From contig JBGOYR010000001.1 of assembly GCA_041479765.1 (NCBI GenBank), forward strand, positions 1 to 39,963: 39,963 nucleotides of DNA. Reading direction: 5' to 3'. Every line of letters starts with the position of its first letter. The stretch's first letter is position 1. The notes under the pieces are model-generated. The model searched no databases and was not told where the DNA came from. It saw nothing but the letters and a program-made list of their open reading frames with translations. Made by a program: the position numbers and the translations under genes. This stretch comes from Candidatus Bathyarchaeia archaeon. GTDB lineage: Archaea; Thermoproteota; Bathyarchaeia; Bathyarchaeales; Bathycorpusculaceae. Shown piece after piece: positions 10,064-19,670 of the stretch.

Positions 10064-11398
10064 ATGCAAAAGGTGTCTGCTGTGCCATCGTACCGAGACG
10101 AATATGATCATGTCTTTAGCCTTCTGGAACAACATCACAAATGGTTCCAAGAAAGCATCCCACTTATAGCAAGCGAAAACATTCCAAGCCCTGCCGTTCG
10201 CGAGACTCTTGTGACGGATTTTGGAAACCGTTACGCTGAAGGATGGCCTGGGGAACGAGTCTATGCCGGATGCCGCTTCATAGACCAAGTAGAGTTCAAA
10301 TGCATCGAACTCATGAAGAGACTCTTCAGCGCAGAATTTGTCGATGTCAGGCCAATCTCTGGCGTCGTGGCAAACTTGGCCGTGTATACAGCTTTCACTG
10401 AACCCGGCGACACATTGCTGGCACTCTCCATACCCTGCGGCGGCCATATCACCTCAGGTAAGAAGGAACTCGGAGGCACGGCAGGCGCAGTGAAAGGACT
10501 AGTCGTTGAGTACTTGCCTCTCGATTACAAGGAATTGAATATTGATGTAGAAAAAGCAAAGAACAAGATTCAAGAGCTTGCCGCAAAGGGCAAACCGCCA
10601 AAATTCGTAATGTTTGGCGCCAGCGTTTTCCCTTTTCCGCATCCAGTGAAAGAGCTCGTTGAGGCTGTTCACTCAGTCAACGCAACTGTTGGATACGACG
10701 CCGCCCATGTAGCAGGATTGATTGCAGGTGGGCAATTTCAGGACCCGCTAAGAGAAGGCGCTGATGTTGTAAGCCTGAGCACGCATAAGACGTTTTTTGG
10801 ACCTCAGCATGGCGGAATCGTGTCATGGGAAAAGAACGCTGAGAAGTTGAAGAAGGCAACCTTTCCGGGAATGGTCAGCAACCACCATCTGAACGCAGTT
10901 GCTGGTTTAACGATTGCTTGTGCTGAGATGCTCGAGTTTGGCAAGGAATATGCAGGTCAAGTGGTGAGGAATGCGAAGGCTCTTGCCCAAGCGCTTTATG
11001 AGAAGGGTTTCAATGTATTGGCTGAGCATAAGGGTTTCACTCAGTCTCATGTGATCTTGATAGACATAACCAAGCACGGCGATGGCGGCACTATTGAAGA
11101 AACCTTGGAGAAGGCAAACGTGATCATCAACAGAAACTTGCTACCGTGGGACATCAAGGAAGGCAGGCATTTCATGCACCCGGGCGGCATAAGGATGGGC
11201 GTTTCAGAAGTCACCAGAATAGGAATGAAAGAATCCGAAATGGGCACGATAGCAGAGTTCATCAAACGAGTGATTATCGACAAAGAACCAGTAGAGAAAG
11301 TGGGAGCGGATGTGGCGGAATTCCGCAAGGAATATCAGAAAGTGCAATACTGCTTCGAGAACACAACAGAAGCTTACAAGTACATAAGAATCCGCTAG
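10064..11398 (+). CDS. glyA: Serine hydroxymethyltransferase
   Basis: 444 aa. It has IASENIPSPAVRE, the PLP-lysine motif STHKTFFGPQHG, and overall SHMT length. Confidence 0.9.
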   Translation: MQKVSAVPSYRDEYDHVFSLLEQHHKWFQESIPLIASENIPSPAVRETLVTDFGNRYAEGWPGERVYAGCRFIDQVEFKCIELMKRLFSAEFVDVRPISGVVANLAVYTAFTEPGDTLLALSIPCGGHITSGKKELGGTAGAVKGLVVEYLPLDYKELNIDVEKAKNKIQELAAKGKPPKFVMFGASVFPFPHPVKELVEAVHSVNATVGYDAAHVAGLIAGGQFQDPLREGADVVSLSTHKTFFGPQHGGIVSWEKNAEKLKKATFPGMVSNHHLNAVAGLTIACAEMLEFGKEYAGQVVRNAKALAQALYEKGFNVLAEHKGFTQSHVILIDITKHGDGGTIEETLEKANVIINRNLLPWDIKEGRHFMHPGGIRMGVSEVTRIGMKESEMGTIAEFIKRVIIDKEPVEKVGADVAEFRKEYQKVQYCFENTTEAYKYIRIR

Positions 11399-11410
11399 AA
11401 GCGAGGACAC

Positions 11411-12013
11411 TTGAAGGCTCTGGGAATAGCATTCAGCGCAAGGAAAAGAGGCAACTGCCTAAGCTCTATAGAATACGTTTTAGCAGAGTTGAAAAAGCAA
11501 AGATTCGAAACTGAAGCCATCAACATTTATGATTGTGCGATCAAACCATGCAGCCACTGCAACTACGAATGCTTCGCCGAAAGCCTGAGAGGCAAAGACG
11601 AAGAATGCCCAATCCAAGACAACGTTCCTGAGATTTATAGGAAAATGAAAGAAGCCGACATGATCGTTCTGGCAGTCCCAACATACGGTGGTAAAACCGC
11701 GAGCTTGTACAATGCTTTCACCGAAAGAGCACAAGGAATCATCAAGAATTATGAAGAGTTCAAAAGAGACGTGTTAGGCAAGGTTTTTGCGTTGATAGTT
11801 ATAGGAAACGTTCCTGCCGGTGGCGACCTCGCTTACCACACGGTAGTTCTGGACAACCGGGACTGCAGGCACCCACCGACCTCGCTGTTGCTTCAAGCCG
11901 CCGACTATGGCCAGAGTTCGATAGGTGGAACCCTGATCACGAACGAAAGAGTTAGAGAACGCTTAGACAGTCTAGCGAAGTCGATGCTCAGGCAATGGAA
12001 GGGCAAGCATTGA
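11411..12013 (+). CDS. Flavodoxin-like NAD(P)H-dependent FMN reductase / iron-sulfur flavoprotein family
   Basis: 200 aa with a TTG start. GIAFSARKRGNC, then C-x2-C-x3-C (CSHCNYEC) and ADMIVLAVPTYGG match the Isf/FMN-reductase pattern. Confidence 0.55.
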   Translation: MKALGIAFSARKRGNCLSSIEYVLAELKKQRFETEAINIYDCAIKPCSHCNYECFAESLRGKDEECPIQDNVPEIYRKMKEADMIVLAVPTYGGKTASLYNAFTERAQGIIKNYEEFKRDVLGKVFALIVIGNVPAGGDLAYHTVVLDNRDCRHPPTSLLLQAADYGQSSIGGTLITNERVRERLDSLAKSMLRQWKGKH

Positions 12014-12022
12014 CTTGACTTG

Positions 12023-12526
12023 TCAAAAGTTGAATTCGCACTCATGGATTTTGATCCCGGACTTCCATAAGCTATCAGAGAAATCCATAAACATGTCAAT
12101 GTGCCCTAGATTTCTGAAACCTAGCTTATGCAGGAACCCTATAGTCTTCATATTCCGAGCCACAGGCTTCACATCCAAGAACCTAACCTTCCTTCTTTGG
12201 GCTTCCGATATAGCCGTTTGCACAAGTCTTGTTCCCACTCCTTGACCGCGACAGTTCTTGCTGACAATGAGAGGCTCAATTTCAGCCTCACTCCCTTCAA
12301 CAATCAACCCGACAAACCCAACAACCTTACTGCCATGAACCGCAACCCAAAGTTGGTCAGGCCCAACCTTGTTCAAATGGTTGTCAAAGTAGTCTTCCGG
12401 ATGCTCTCCGCCAATGCGTGGGTCTTGGTAAATTTCACGGTGCCATTCAGTCAGTTCTCTCCATAGCGCTCTGCATGTTTCTCTATCATCAGTTTGGTAC
12501 TTTCGTAAAACAAGTGTTGAAGCCAT
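12023..12526 (-). CDS. GNAT family N-acetyltransferase
   Basis: 167 aa. VSKNCRGQGVGTRLV is motif A (Q/R-x-x-G-x-G/A). Confidence 0.8.
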   Translation of the reverse strand: MASTLVLRKYQTDDRETCRALWRELTEWHREIYQDPRIGGEHPEDYFDNHLNKVGPDQLWVAVHGSKVVGFVGLIVEGSEAEIEPLIVSKNCRGQGVGTRLVQTAISEAQRRKVRFLDVKPVARNMKTIGFLHKLGFRNLGHIDMFMDFSDSLWKSGIKIHECEFNF

Positions 12527-12662
12527 CTCTCAACCACAGAGCCAATTATCTCAGCCAACTATCTTAAAGCGTTGTTGACTTGGTTTTCGCTTGGCCAAAC
12601 CCTGAGAAAACCCATTTTTAAGTAGCTGCAGCATATTCTCAAGAGGCAAGGGTGAGAAGATC

Positions 12663-12950
12663 GTGTATATACACGAGTTCCAAGAAATGATGCGTCGTTT
12701 GTACTTCCACCGTGATTCTGAGCGTGGCCTGTCAGGAACTTACGATTGGCTCAAGGAAGAAGTGGAAGAGCTAGGCGAAGCGCTGAGAGGTAATGACAAA
12801 GAAGCACTTGGAAAAGAGTTCGCAGATGTCACAGCATGGTTAGCTTCTCTTGCGAATGTTGCGGGTGTGGACTTGGAGAAAGCTGCGCTGGATAAGTATG
12901 ACAACAGATGCCCAAAGTGTAGATATTCACCGTGTCAATGCACCTTCTAA
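12663..12950 (+). CDS. MazG-like nucleotide pyrophosphohydrolase (small, single domain)
   Basis: 95 aa with a GTG start. EEVEELGEAL...EFADVTAWLASLANVAGVDLEKA shows the EExxE/D metal motifs of the all-alpha NTP-PPase fold. The C-terminus has a CPKC...C-x-C cluster. Confidence 0.7.
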   Translation: MYIHEFQEMMRRLYFHRDSERGLSGTYDWLKEEVEELGEALRGNDKEALGKEFADVTAWLASLANVAGVDLEKAALDKYDNRCPKCRYSPCQCTF

Positions 12951-13219
12951 ACTGAGTTCGACAGACGTTTCTGTCCTGCCCCGGTCAAAGTCCAGACATG
13001 CGGCTTGCCGTCCTTTCGCACGACTATTCCTTCTTTCTGCAGAAGCCTTAAGTGATGCGTCACAACGCCATAGTGCAACTCAGCCTCTCTTCCGATGCTC
13101 TTGGCTTCAGCAGAACTCCTCTCTAAAACGGTTAGTATCTGGGTTCGGACTTTCAATCCCCGTTTGATGTTCTTTATGCTTGATAAGTGAGCATTGGGGT
13201 GGTAGATTTCTCTGACCAT
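12947..13219 (-). CDS. ArsR/SmtB-type winged-helix transcriptional regulator
   Basis: 90 aa. RTQILTVLERSSAEAKSIGREAELHYGVVTHHLRLLQKEGIVV fits the ArsR HTH pattern. It converges on the MazG gene with a 4-nt overlap. Confidence 0.65.
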   Translation of the reverse strand: MVREIYHPNAHLSSIKNIKRGLKVRTQILTVLERSSAEAKSIGREAELHYGVVTHHLRLLQKEGIVVRKDGKPHVWTLTGAGQKRLSNSV

Positions 13220-13262
13220 TTCAACCAGTGGGTATTACGTTGTCTGCATAGAAAAGTTTTCT

Positions 13263-16200
13263 TCAGGCAAAGTCCGTCAGACTGATTTGTTTTGGTTTTT
13301 TGGTTTCAAACATGGCGCTGATCTCCTCTCTCACTAACTGAATCCTCTGGGCATAGTAGCTAGGCAATCCATATTTCTGAATCAAATGCTCCGCTGCATC
13401 CAGGTACTTTTCTATGCTGCCTCGATAGACGGTTAGGGTCAGTGTTCCGCCACAGATGGAACATTTCCCTTTAAGGGGCAAGCGTCGGTAGCGTTTGTTG
13501 CATGATTTGCATCTGAAGCTTTGAGTGGAGAAAGCCCTAAGGTTTCCAGCTATGTCGCGCATGAAGTGTTTCGTCAGAACCTTCATAGCCACCTTCTTTG
13601 CGTCAACAGCCTCGATCTTTTCAGCCAACTCAAGCTGACTGTTCAGCTTGTCAACCATTGTCTTGAACAGTTTGTAGGAGCTTTCAGGATTTCCCATATT
13701 GACATTTGAAACTGGCGTGGTGAAGCTGAAGCCCTCAAACTGTCCTGCTGTACCAAGTCTATAGTCAATCAGATCGATAAGCGGACTGACCTGTCTCGAA
13801 TCAACCCTTTCCAGAGTCTTCTCATAAAACTCGAGAGGATACGCTCCAGCAACGTCAAAGTAATGCGCTTGTCTCTGAACCTCCTTCGTTATGACGACTG
13901 GAATCAGAAGCATAGGCGCATCCATTATCCCTCCTATTTGCGCTGGAAGATACTCCCGCGAAAAGTTGACCAAAGTATCCAAGGCAAGCATCACAGTGTC
14001 CTCATCACCGTCACAGTCTCTGCGTTTCGCTGAATGCCAAACCGGATGCGCATAACAGATGCTCAGGTCCGTGAAGCCGACAACGCGCCCCAGAATACCA
14101 GCGCAGGTGTGAGGGGCCAAGCCAACCACAAGTTGACCAACGATGTCTTCCACACGTCTCACGTTGTAGTACGGCTGAAGCCCGTATGTTTTCGTTAGCA
14201 GTTCGTCCATGAAATCTGCAATGTGCATAAGGTATTCTGCACCTTTCGTAGGGATTATGATGTCTTGGAGTTTCAGTTCGCATACTTGGTTTGGATCAGT
14301 CAGCGGTGATCCGTCTGTGGCATGAGTATACCCTAGCTCTCGCAGTTTCTCAACTGAGGCTCCTACCTCGGAAGGCTTAAAATGGGTCAAAGGTGCGTTT
14401 GTGGCGTCAAAACGTATGGTTCCGTCCTTGTACACTGATAAGTCATGTCTAGCTCGCAGAATCCCCTTTTCAATCACCTCGGGAGTTTTCGTCTCATTAG
14501 TCAGGCCTTTGACGCCTTTCAGAAGCTTCGGAATGGAAACGCCCAAAAGGCTACTTGCGGTTTCAAGCGACTCTCTGAAGTTGACCACTTGCCTCTGATA
14601 AGCGACGGCCTTTGTGTTGCAGGATGGGCACTGCTTGTCTTTCAGGCTTTTTCCACAACGCGGACAACTTTTGTCTAAAACCGTTTCACAACCGCATGAA
14701 GGACATTTGACTCTGAACGTGAAGGTTTTGCAGTTCGGACACTTACGTTTGACAACCTCAAGAAAGGATGGCTCTCGTTTCGCCGCTTCGACCAGATCTC
14801 TGTGAGAACCGCCGACTAGACCAACAGGAAAAAGAACGTGAATGAGTGGTTTCATCTCGCGTCTTTTTGCCTTTTCAGGTCTTCCCATTCTCGCGCCAAC
14901 GAAGGTTGGAGCCTTATCCCTCACCGACACTCCACAAATCGAGCAGACCGCGTCCAAAGGAGACTTGGCAGAAGAGAGATCAACTTCACAGGAAGCGCCA
15001 CGCCCCAGACAAGAGGCAAACGCACGTGCGTCGTCACCTTCAATTGTGATCTTGTTATCTGAGACCCTGTGAGGCAACCATAATGTTTCTAACGCTTTCT
15101 TTACATTAGCCTCGATTTCGCCCACGACCCTGAAAACGGCCTCGTCCTCGCGTGTGATCTCAGAGTTAAGAAGCCACCGTTCCAGCTGCTTGATCTCTTC
15201 AGTCGAAGACAAGTTTGAACAAGGAAACGTGAAGGAGGGATGTAAAGGAATGCCCAGCATGCGTGACAGCGCTATGGCTTCCTTGAAGTTCGGCTTGTCG
15301 TCATAGGGCTTTTCAACAACAGCCTTCAGCCTTGCCAGTGGAACGGCAGTGATTTCTGCGGCTCTTTCGAGTTCTCCATTGAACTTTTCCATGAGAGCCC
15401 GTCGCAGGTCTTCAACCCACCACTCTTCAACATACCCTGAAGGTGCAAGGCTTTTGCTATTGTACAGGAAATCCCCAAAACTGATCAGAATATCTCCTAG
15501 AAACAGGATTCTACTAATCTGGTCCTTAATGCCACTAAAGCTCTCAACTGACACCCTGACAACCGAACCATTCTTCAATCGAACAACTGGAGGCTCCAGA
15601 GAATCAACAGGAACCGCAACGCCACCCTTTCCTGGAAGCTCCAAACGCATCTGTGTTCCCCCAGCCAGAAACCCCTGCAACACAAGCATGGTCGCAGGAT
15701 GAACCCCCACAGCAGCCAAGCCCGTATTCCGAGCCCTACCATACCTCAGGCGGAAGCCCCCACGTCTGGATGGAAAACCGAAAACTGGACGGCCCGCAAT
15801 GACGTCATCCATGAAGCTGCCTGATTTCTTCTCCGACTTCTTATGGAACTCTCTAAGCCAATCCCAACCTTGAATGCCAAGCTTCTCAATAATGGCCAAG
15901 ACTTTGGGCGCTCTTCCAACAATACCATCATTGACAACCCTTAGCGCTCCGCCTCTCACACGGTTGGTTTCTATTCGTGGAAGATTCCTGAAAGAAGAAA
16001 CCTCGAACGGATCAGACTCGGTTCCCGTAACCTCCACAGGAATCCATTGAAACGCCTTCCGCAACTCCTCATCAGAAACGTGATATTGAAAACGAGTCAC
16101 AACATGCTGGTAAAGCCTAATCTCCTCAATGAACCGCGAAATCTCATCTTCTGCAGGCTTGTAGCGATCAAGCCCGAGCAAACGCCGCACAAAATCGCCT

Positions 16201-16679
16201 ATTACCAACGTCAAGGCTTGGTCTGTACCGCCTGCAGCTCTCATGGGTCCTGCGAAATAGATGGCTAAGTAACGTGTCCGATCATTGTTCGACTTGATTA
16301 TTACCTTCGCAACGCCTTGAAGTGGCGCAGCGGTAAGCCCTTCCGTTAGAATCGCAAGGGCGGTGCGAATGGACTGTTCGGCAGCAGCCTCAGGCTCCAA
16401 GTGTCCGAATCTGCCATAAACGATCTGCTCGGCCACCTTGAAAGCTAATTCCTCTCTTGGAAGCTTCGAGCTTAACTCTCTTATGCTTTCGGCAACGCCT
16501 TTCGGTCCCACGAGCCCCTCAACCAGATCCGCCAAGTCTTTGGCAATTCTGCATTCAGTCTTCAAGGAGGGGTCTAAACCTTTCTCCCGCGCCTTATCGC
16601 TGATCTCATATAGTAAGCTAAGCCTTCTCTCCAGATCCGCTACGTAACGTTGATAGGACTCGCTCATCTGACCGTCCAA
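13263..16679 (-). CDS. polC: DNA polymerase II (family D) large subunit DP2
   Basis: 1138 aa. There is an internal cluster of CxxC zinc modules (CPNCKT...CPSCGC...CPRCGK...CPSCN) and a C-terminal CKSC...CSICGG. The length implies no intein. A TTG start at 16679 lies 7 nt after GGAGGGGGAG, and an ATG at 16667 is the alternative. Confidence 0.9.
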   Translation of the reverse strand: MDGQMSESYQRYVADLERRLSLLYEISDKAREKGLDPSLKTECRIAKDLADLVEGLVGPKGVAESIRELSSKLPREELAFKVAEQIVYGRFGHLEPEAAAEQSIRTALAILTEGLTAAPLQGVAKVIIKSNNDRTRYLAIYFAGPMRAAGGTDQALTLVIGDFVRRLLGLDRYKPAEDEISRFIEEIRLYQHVVTRFQYHVSDEELRKAFQWIPVEVTGTESDPFEVSSFRNLPRIETNRVRGGALRVVNDGIVGRAPKVLAIIEKLGIQGWDWLREFHKKSEKKSGSFMDDVIAGRPVFGFPSRRGGFRLRYGRARNTGLAAVGVHPATMLVLQGFLAGGTQMRLELPGKGGVAVPVDSLEPPVVRLKNGSVVRVSVESFSGIKDQISRILFLGDILISFGDFLYNSKSLAPSGYVEEWWVEDLRRALMEKFNGELERAAEITAVPLARLKAVVEKPYDDKPNFKEAIALSRMLGIPLHPSFTFPCSNLSSTEEIKQLERWLLNSEITREDEAVFRVVGEIEANVKKALETLWLPHRVSDNKITIEGDDARAFASCLGRGASCEVDLSSAKSPLDAVCSICGVSVRDKAPTFVGARMGRPEKAKRREMKPLIHVLFPVGLVGGSHRDLVEAAKREPSFLEVVKRKCPNCKTFTFRVKCPSCGCETVLDKSCPRCGKSLKDKQCPSCNTKAVAYQRQVVNFRESLETASSLLGVSIPKLLKGVKGLTNETKTPEVIEKGILRARHDLSVYKDGTIRFDATNAPLTHFKPSEVGASVEKLRELGYTHATDGSPLTDPNQVCELKLQDIIIPTKGAEYLMHIADFMDELLTKTYGLQPYYNVRRVEDIVGQLVVGLAPHTCAGILGRVVGFTDLSICYAHPVWHSAKRRDCDGDEDTVMLALDTLVNFSREYLPAQIGGIMDAPMLLIPVVITKEVQRQAHYFDVAGAYPLEFYEKTLERVDSRQVSPLIDLIDYRLGTAGQFEGFSFTTPVSNVNMGNPESSYKLFKTMVDKLNSQLELAEKIEAVDAKKVAMKVLTKHFMRDIAGNLRAFSTQSFRCKSCNKRYRRLPLKGKCSICGGTLTLTVYRGSIEKYLDAAEHLIQKYGLPSYYAQRIQLVREEISAMFETKKPKQISLTDFA

Positions 16680-16836
16680 GCTGAAGCTCCCCCTCCGGCT
16701 CCTTCTGTGTTAGAGATTGCTTATTTCCATTCTTTGACACGAATAAGTCAAAAAACTTACGACCCCGCGGCCGTTTTCCATGCGTTTTCCACAGAAAGGA
16801 GCGTCAGTGGTTTTCTCAGCAGAGTCTTGTTACCTT

Positions 16837-17598
16837 TTACGCCCTAAAACGTTTTATGCCTTGAACGATCTCCGAGACTCTTTGTCTAACTCCGCTTTGT
16901 TCAACAAGGTTGCCAGTCACAATAATGTCCGCCCCGGCAGCCGAAGCCTCCAGCGCTTGTTCCCTCGTTCTTATTCCTCCCCCAACTATGAGGGGAACAT
17001 CAATGTAGTGTTTAACAGCGCGGATCATCTCTTTTGGAACGGGTTTCTTAGCGCCTGATCCACCTTCTAAGTATACGAAGCGCATACCCAGATATTCGCC
17101 TGCTAGAGCGTGTGCTGCTGCAAGTTCAGGTTTTTCGTAGGGAACAGGTATTGCTTTTCCGACCACGCCCGCGGTGCCGCCTTCTCCGACGATTATGTAT
17201 CCTAGTGGAAGGGGCTCTAAGCGGTACTTCTTGACAAGCGGAGCACCCAAGACTTGGGCGCCAATTAGAAAGTAGGGATCAACCGAATTCAGCAGTGACA
17301 TGAACCATATGGCGTCGGCATAACGCGTTATGCCGGACACATTGTTCGGGAACAGAATGACTGGGAGTTTGACAGTGCGCTTCACGGCCCTCACAACGCT
17401 GTCGAGGTGTGTTCCGGACACGAAAGTTGATCCTCCGATCATTATGGCTGAGGTTTCGCTTGCTTTTGCTTTGCTTGCGATTCTGGAGGCCTGTGGGGGT
17501 GTCACTTCTTCGGGATCAATGAGTGTAATGTGGATAGTTTTCTGTTGTTCGATCTTTTCAAGCAAATACTGCTCAATAGGACCTATCATGGAAGCCAT
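16837..17598 (-). CDS. Geranylgeranylglyceryl phosphate (GGGP) synthase
   Basis: 253 aa TIM-barrel pattern with YLEGGSGA and LIVGGGIRTREQALEASAAGADIIVTGN, typical of the GGGPS/PcrB family. Confidence 0.85.
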   Translation of the reverse strand: MASMIGPIEQYLLEKIEQQKTIHITLIDPEEVTPPQASRIASKAKASETSAIMIGGSTFVSGTHLDSVVRAVKRTVKLPVILFPNNVSGITRYADAIWFMSLLNSVDPYFLIGAQVLGAPLVKKYRLEPLPLGYIIVGEGGTAGVVGKAIPVPYEKPELAAAHALAGEYLGMRFVYLEGGSGAKKPVPKEMIRAVKHYIDVPLIVGGGIRTREQALEASAAGADIIVTGNLVEQSGVRQRVSEIVQGIKRFRA

Positions 17599-17604
17599 GT
17601 CTTG

Positions 17605-17871
17605 CTATGCACCTTTGATCGTTGCCACGGAAGGCCTGCGAGCGCTTCCGTAAACCTTATCGGTGAACATACAGTAAACGTCAACTTCGCCTTGTGCAGG
17701 CTTGACTGAGAACTCGTCCTTTATGCCGCAACTTCCGCAACCTACAAGGGCTCTGCCTTGATCGCGAAGAATCTCAACTCTTATGGTTTCTTTTCCGCAT
17801 CTGGGACAAGAGAAGAGTTTAGGCAAGTGTTTCTTAGGAATGCGAACAACTTTCCTTCTTCTTCGCCCCAT
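17605..17871 (-). CDS. Elf1-like zinc-ribbon protein (transcription elongation factor 1 homologue)
   Basis: 88 aa. It has a basic N-terminus [14 protein letters not shown], then CPRCG...x...CGSCG. Confidence 0.7.
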   Translation of the reverse strand: MGRRRRKVVRIPKKHLPKLFSCPRCGKETIRVEILRDQGRALVGCGSCGIKDEFSVKPAQGEVDVYCMFTDKVYGSARRPSVATIKGA

Positions 17872-17969
17872 AGCCAGATCCTTCTAATACGTTAGAGCAT
17901 CCCTTCTCACATATTTGTGTTGCCCTTAAATACTTCCTTTCGAACATAGAAAAAGGAGCATGTGACCTC

Positions 17970-18809
17970 TTGGAACTAACGTCATCCGTTCTTTATCTAG
18001 ACTGCTGCGAAGTTGCGGCAAGAATAGAACGGTTCATCAAAGACTATGTTGAGAAGTCAGGGGCAAAGGGCATTGTTGTATCTCTGTCAGGAGGACTTGA
18101 CAGTTGCACGGTAGCAGCACTCTCGGCTTTGGCCATAGGAGGAAACAAGGTCCTAGGACTCATGTTGCCTGAAGAAGAGGCGCAAGGCATCAAGGACATT
18201 GATCACTCAAGGCTCGTGGCCAAGAAGCTCGGCTTCAAAACCGAGAAGGTTGACATCACGCCAACCTTGGAAGCCTTCTACGAATCAATTCCCATCTTCA
18301 ACAGCGCAGACAAACTCTGCAAAGGCAACGTGAAAGCACGGACAAGAATGGTTTACACCTATTACTATGCCAACAGACTGAATAGACTCGTTTGTGGAAG
18401 CTCGGACAAATCGGAAACAATGCTGGGGTATTTCACAAAATGGGGAGACGTTGCCGCAGACATATCACCCCTGATGGACTTATACAAGACTCAAGTTCGG
18501 GAACTTGCTCGAGACATTGGCATCCCCAAATCTATAATTGCAAAGCCGTCCTCGCCAGCTTTGTGGCCTGGGCAGACTGCGGAGAATGAACTTGGTGTGA
18601 AGTATGAACAACTCGACCTCATTCTTTATGGTTTGGAGCATTTCATGAAACCAAAGGAGATTGCGGAACAGTTGAAGGTTAAGAGAGAACTGATTGAAAG
18701 TGTAAAGCGCAGATGGCTTTCAATGGAACATAAGAGAAGAATGTTGCTGACGGTCAAGCTTGGATACAGAACAGTGGGAACGGACTTCAGGTTGGCTCGC
18801 AACCTCTAA
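17970..18809 (+). CDS. nadE: NAD+ synthetase (NadE, synthetase domain only)
   Basis: 279 aa with a TTG start. It has the PP-loop SLSGGLDS and no N-terminal CN-hydrolase domain. Confidence 0.85.
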   Translation: MELTSSVLYLDCCEVAARIERFIKDYVEKSGAKGIVVSLSGGLDSCTVAALSALAIGGNKVLGLMLPEEEAQGIKDIDHSRLVAKKLGFKTEKVDITPTLEAFYESIPIFNSADKLCKGNVKARTRMVYTYYYANRLNRLVCGSSDKSETMLGYFTKWGDVAADISPLMDLYKTQVRELARDIGIPKSIIAKPSSPALWPGQTAENELGVKYEQLDLILYGLEHFMKPKEIAEQLKVKRELIESVKRRWLSMEHKRRMLLTVKLGYRTVGTDFRLARNL

Positions 18810-18831
18810 CAACGTCGCAAGAGGAATAGGT

Positions 18832-19665
18832 ATGAAGGAAAGTTTCAAAATAGCTTTGGCACAAATAAGCTGCAAACGTGGTGACAAGGCAGCAAACCTC
18901 AAGAAGATCGAGAAAACCGCGACAGCCGCTAAGAAGCAAGGAGCAGACCTCGTAATCTTCCCCGAACTCTCCGTGACAGGATACACTGTCAGGGACCAAC
19001 TCTACGAACTTGCAGAAACAATCCCCGGATCGTCAACCAATACAATCACAAACGTTGCACAGAAAGCCAGAATCCACATAGTCTTTGGTATGCCAGAGCT
19101 GAGCGACAAAACCCAGGCGACAATCTACAACACTGCAGTTCTGGTTGGACCGCATGGCCTAATCGGCAAATACCGTAAGATGTACCTCGCGACACACAGT
19201 GTCTTTGAAGAAAAGCGATACTTCCGCTCAGGATACGAAGCCACAGCATTCGACACAGATATTGGAAAGATAGGTCTAATCATTTGCTACGACATTTTCT
19301 TCCCAGAAGTGAGCAGGTTGACCCGCTTGAAAGGAGCCCAACTCATAGTTTGCATCTCGGCTTCCCCAGCTGTTCGACGGTCATTCTTTGAAACTTTGAC
19401 CGTTGCAAGAGCAATTGAGAACACAGCTTTCTTGGCTTACGTGAACTTGGTGGGCATAGAGGACGGCTTGCAGTTCTGGGGTGGAAGCAGACTCATCGGA
19501 CCGCAAGGAAAGATGCTTGCAAAGGCAAAGTATGATGAAGAAGACGTTGTTATTGGCCAAGTCGATTACGCTGATATCAGGCCTGTCGAAACATTTGTTC
19601 CTACACTGCGGGACTTACGGCCAGAGCTTTTTGATAAGCTCAAGGAAAGCGCAGAGAAACTGTAG
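18832..19665 (+). CDS. Carbon-nitrogen hydrolase (nitrilase superfamily)
   Basis: I prefer the ATG at 18832 (MKESFKIALAQIS), 22 nt after the nadE stop. The Glu-Lys-Cys triad contexts are FPELSVTGY, YRKMYL and LIICYDIFFPE. Confidence 0.8.
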   Translation: MKESFKIALAQISCKRGDKAANLKKIEKTATAAKKQGADLVIFPELSVTGYTVRDQLYELAETIPGSSTNTITNVAQKARIHIVFGMPELSDKTQATIYNTAVLVGPHGLIGKYRKMYLATHSVFEEKRYFRSGYEATAFDTDIGKIGLIICYDIFFPEVSRLTRLKGAQLIVCISASPAVRRSFFETLTVARAIENTAFLAYVNLVGIEDGLQFWGGSRLIGPQGKMLAKAKYDEEDVVIGQVDYADIRPVETFVPTLRDLRPELFDKLKESAEKL

Positions 19666-19670
19666 GCTGA

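Noticed and set aside
13263-16679. Inteins in PolD DP2, and likewise in Cdc6 or DP1
   Set aside because: The protein lengths (1138, 426 and 520 aa) are in the normal intein-free range, and no intein block motifs were seen.
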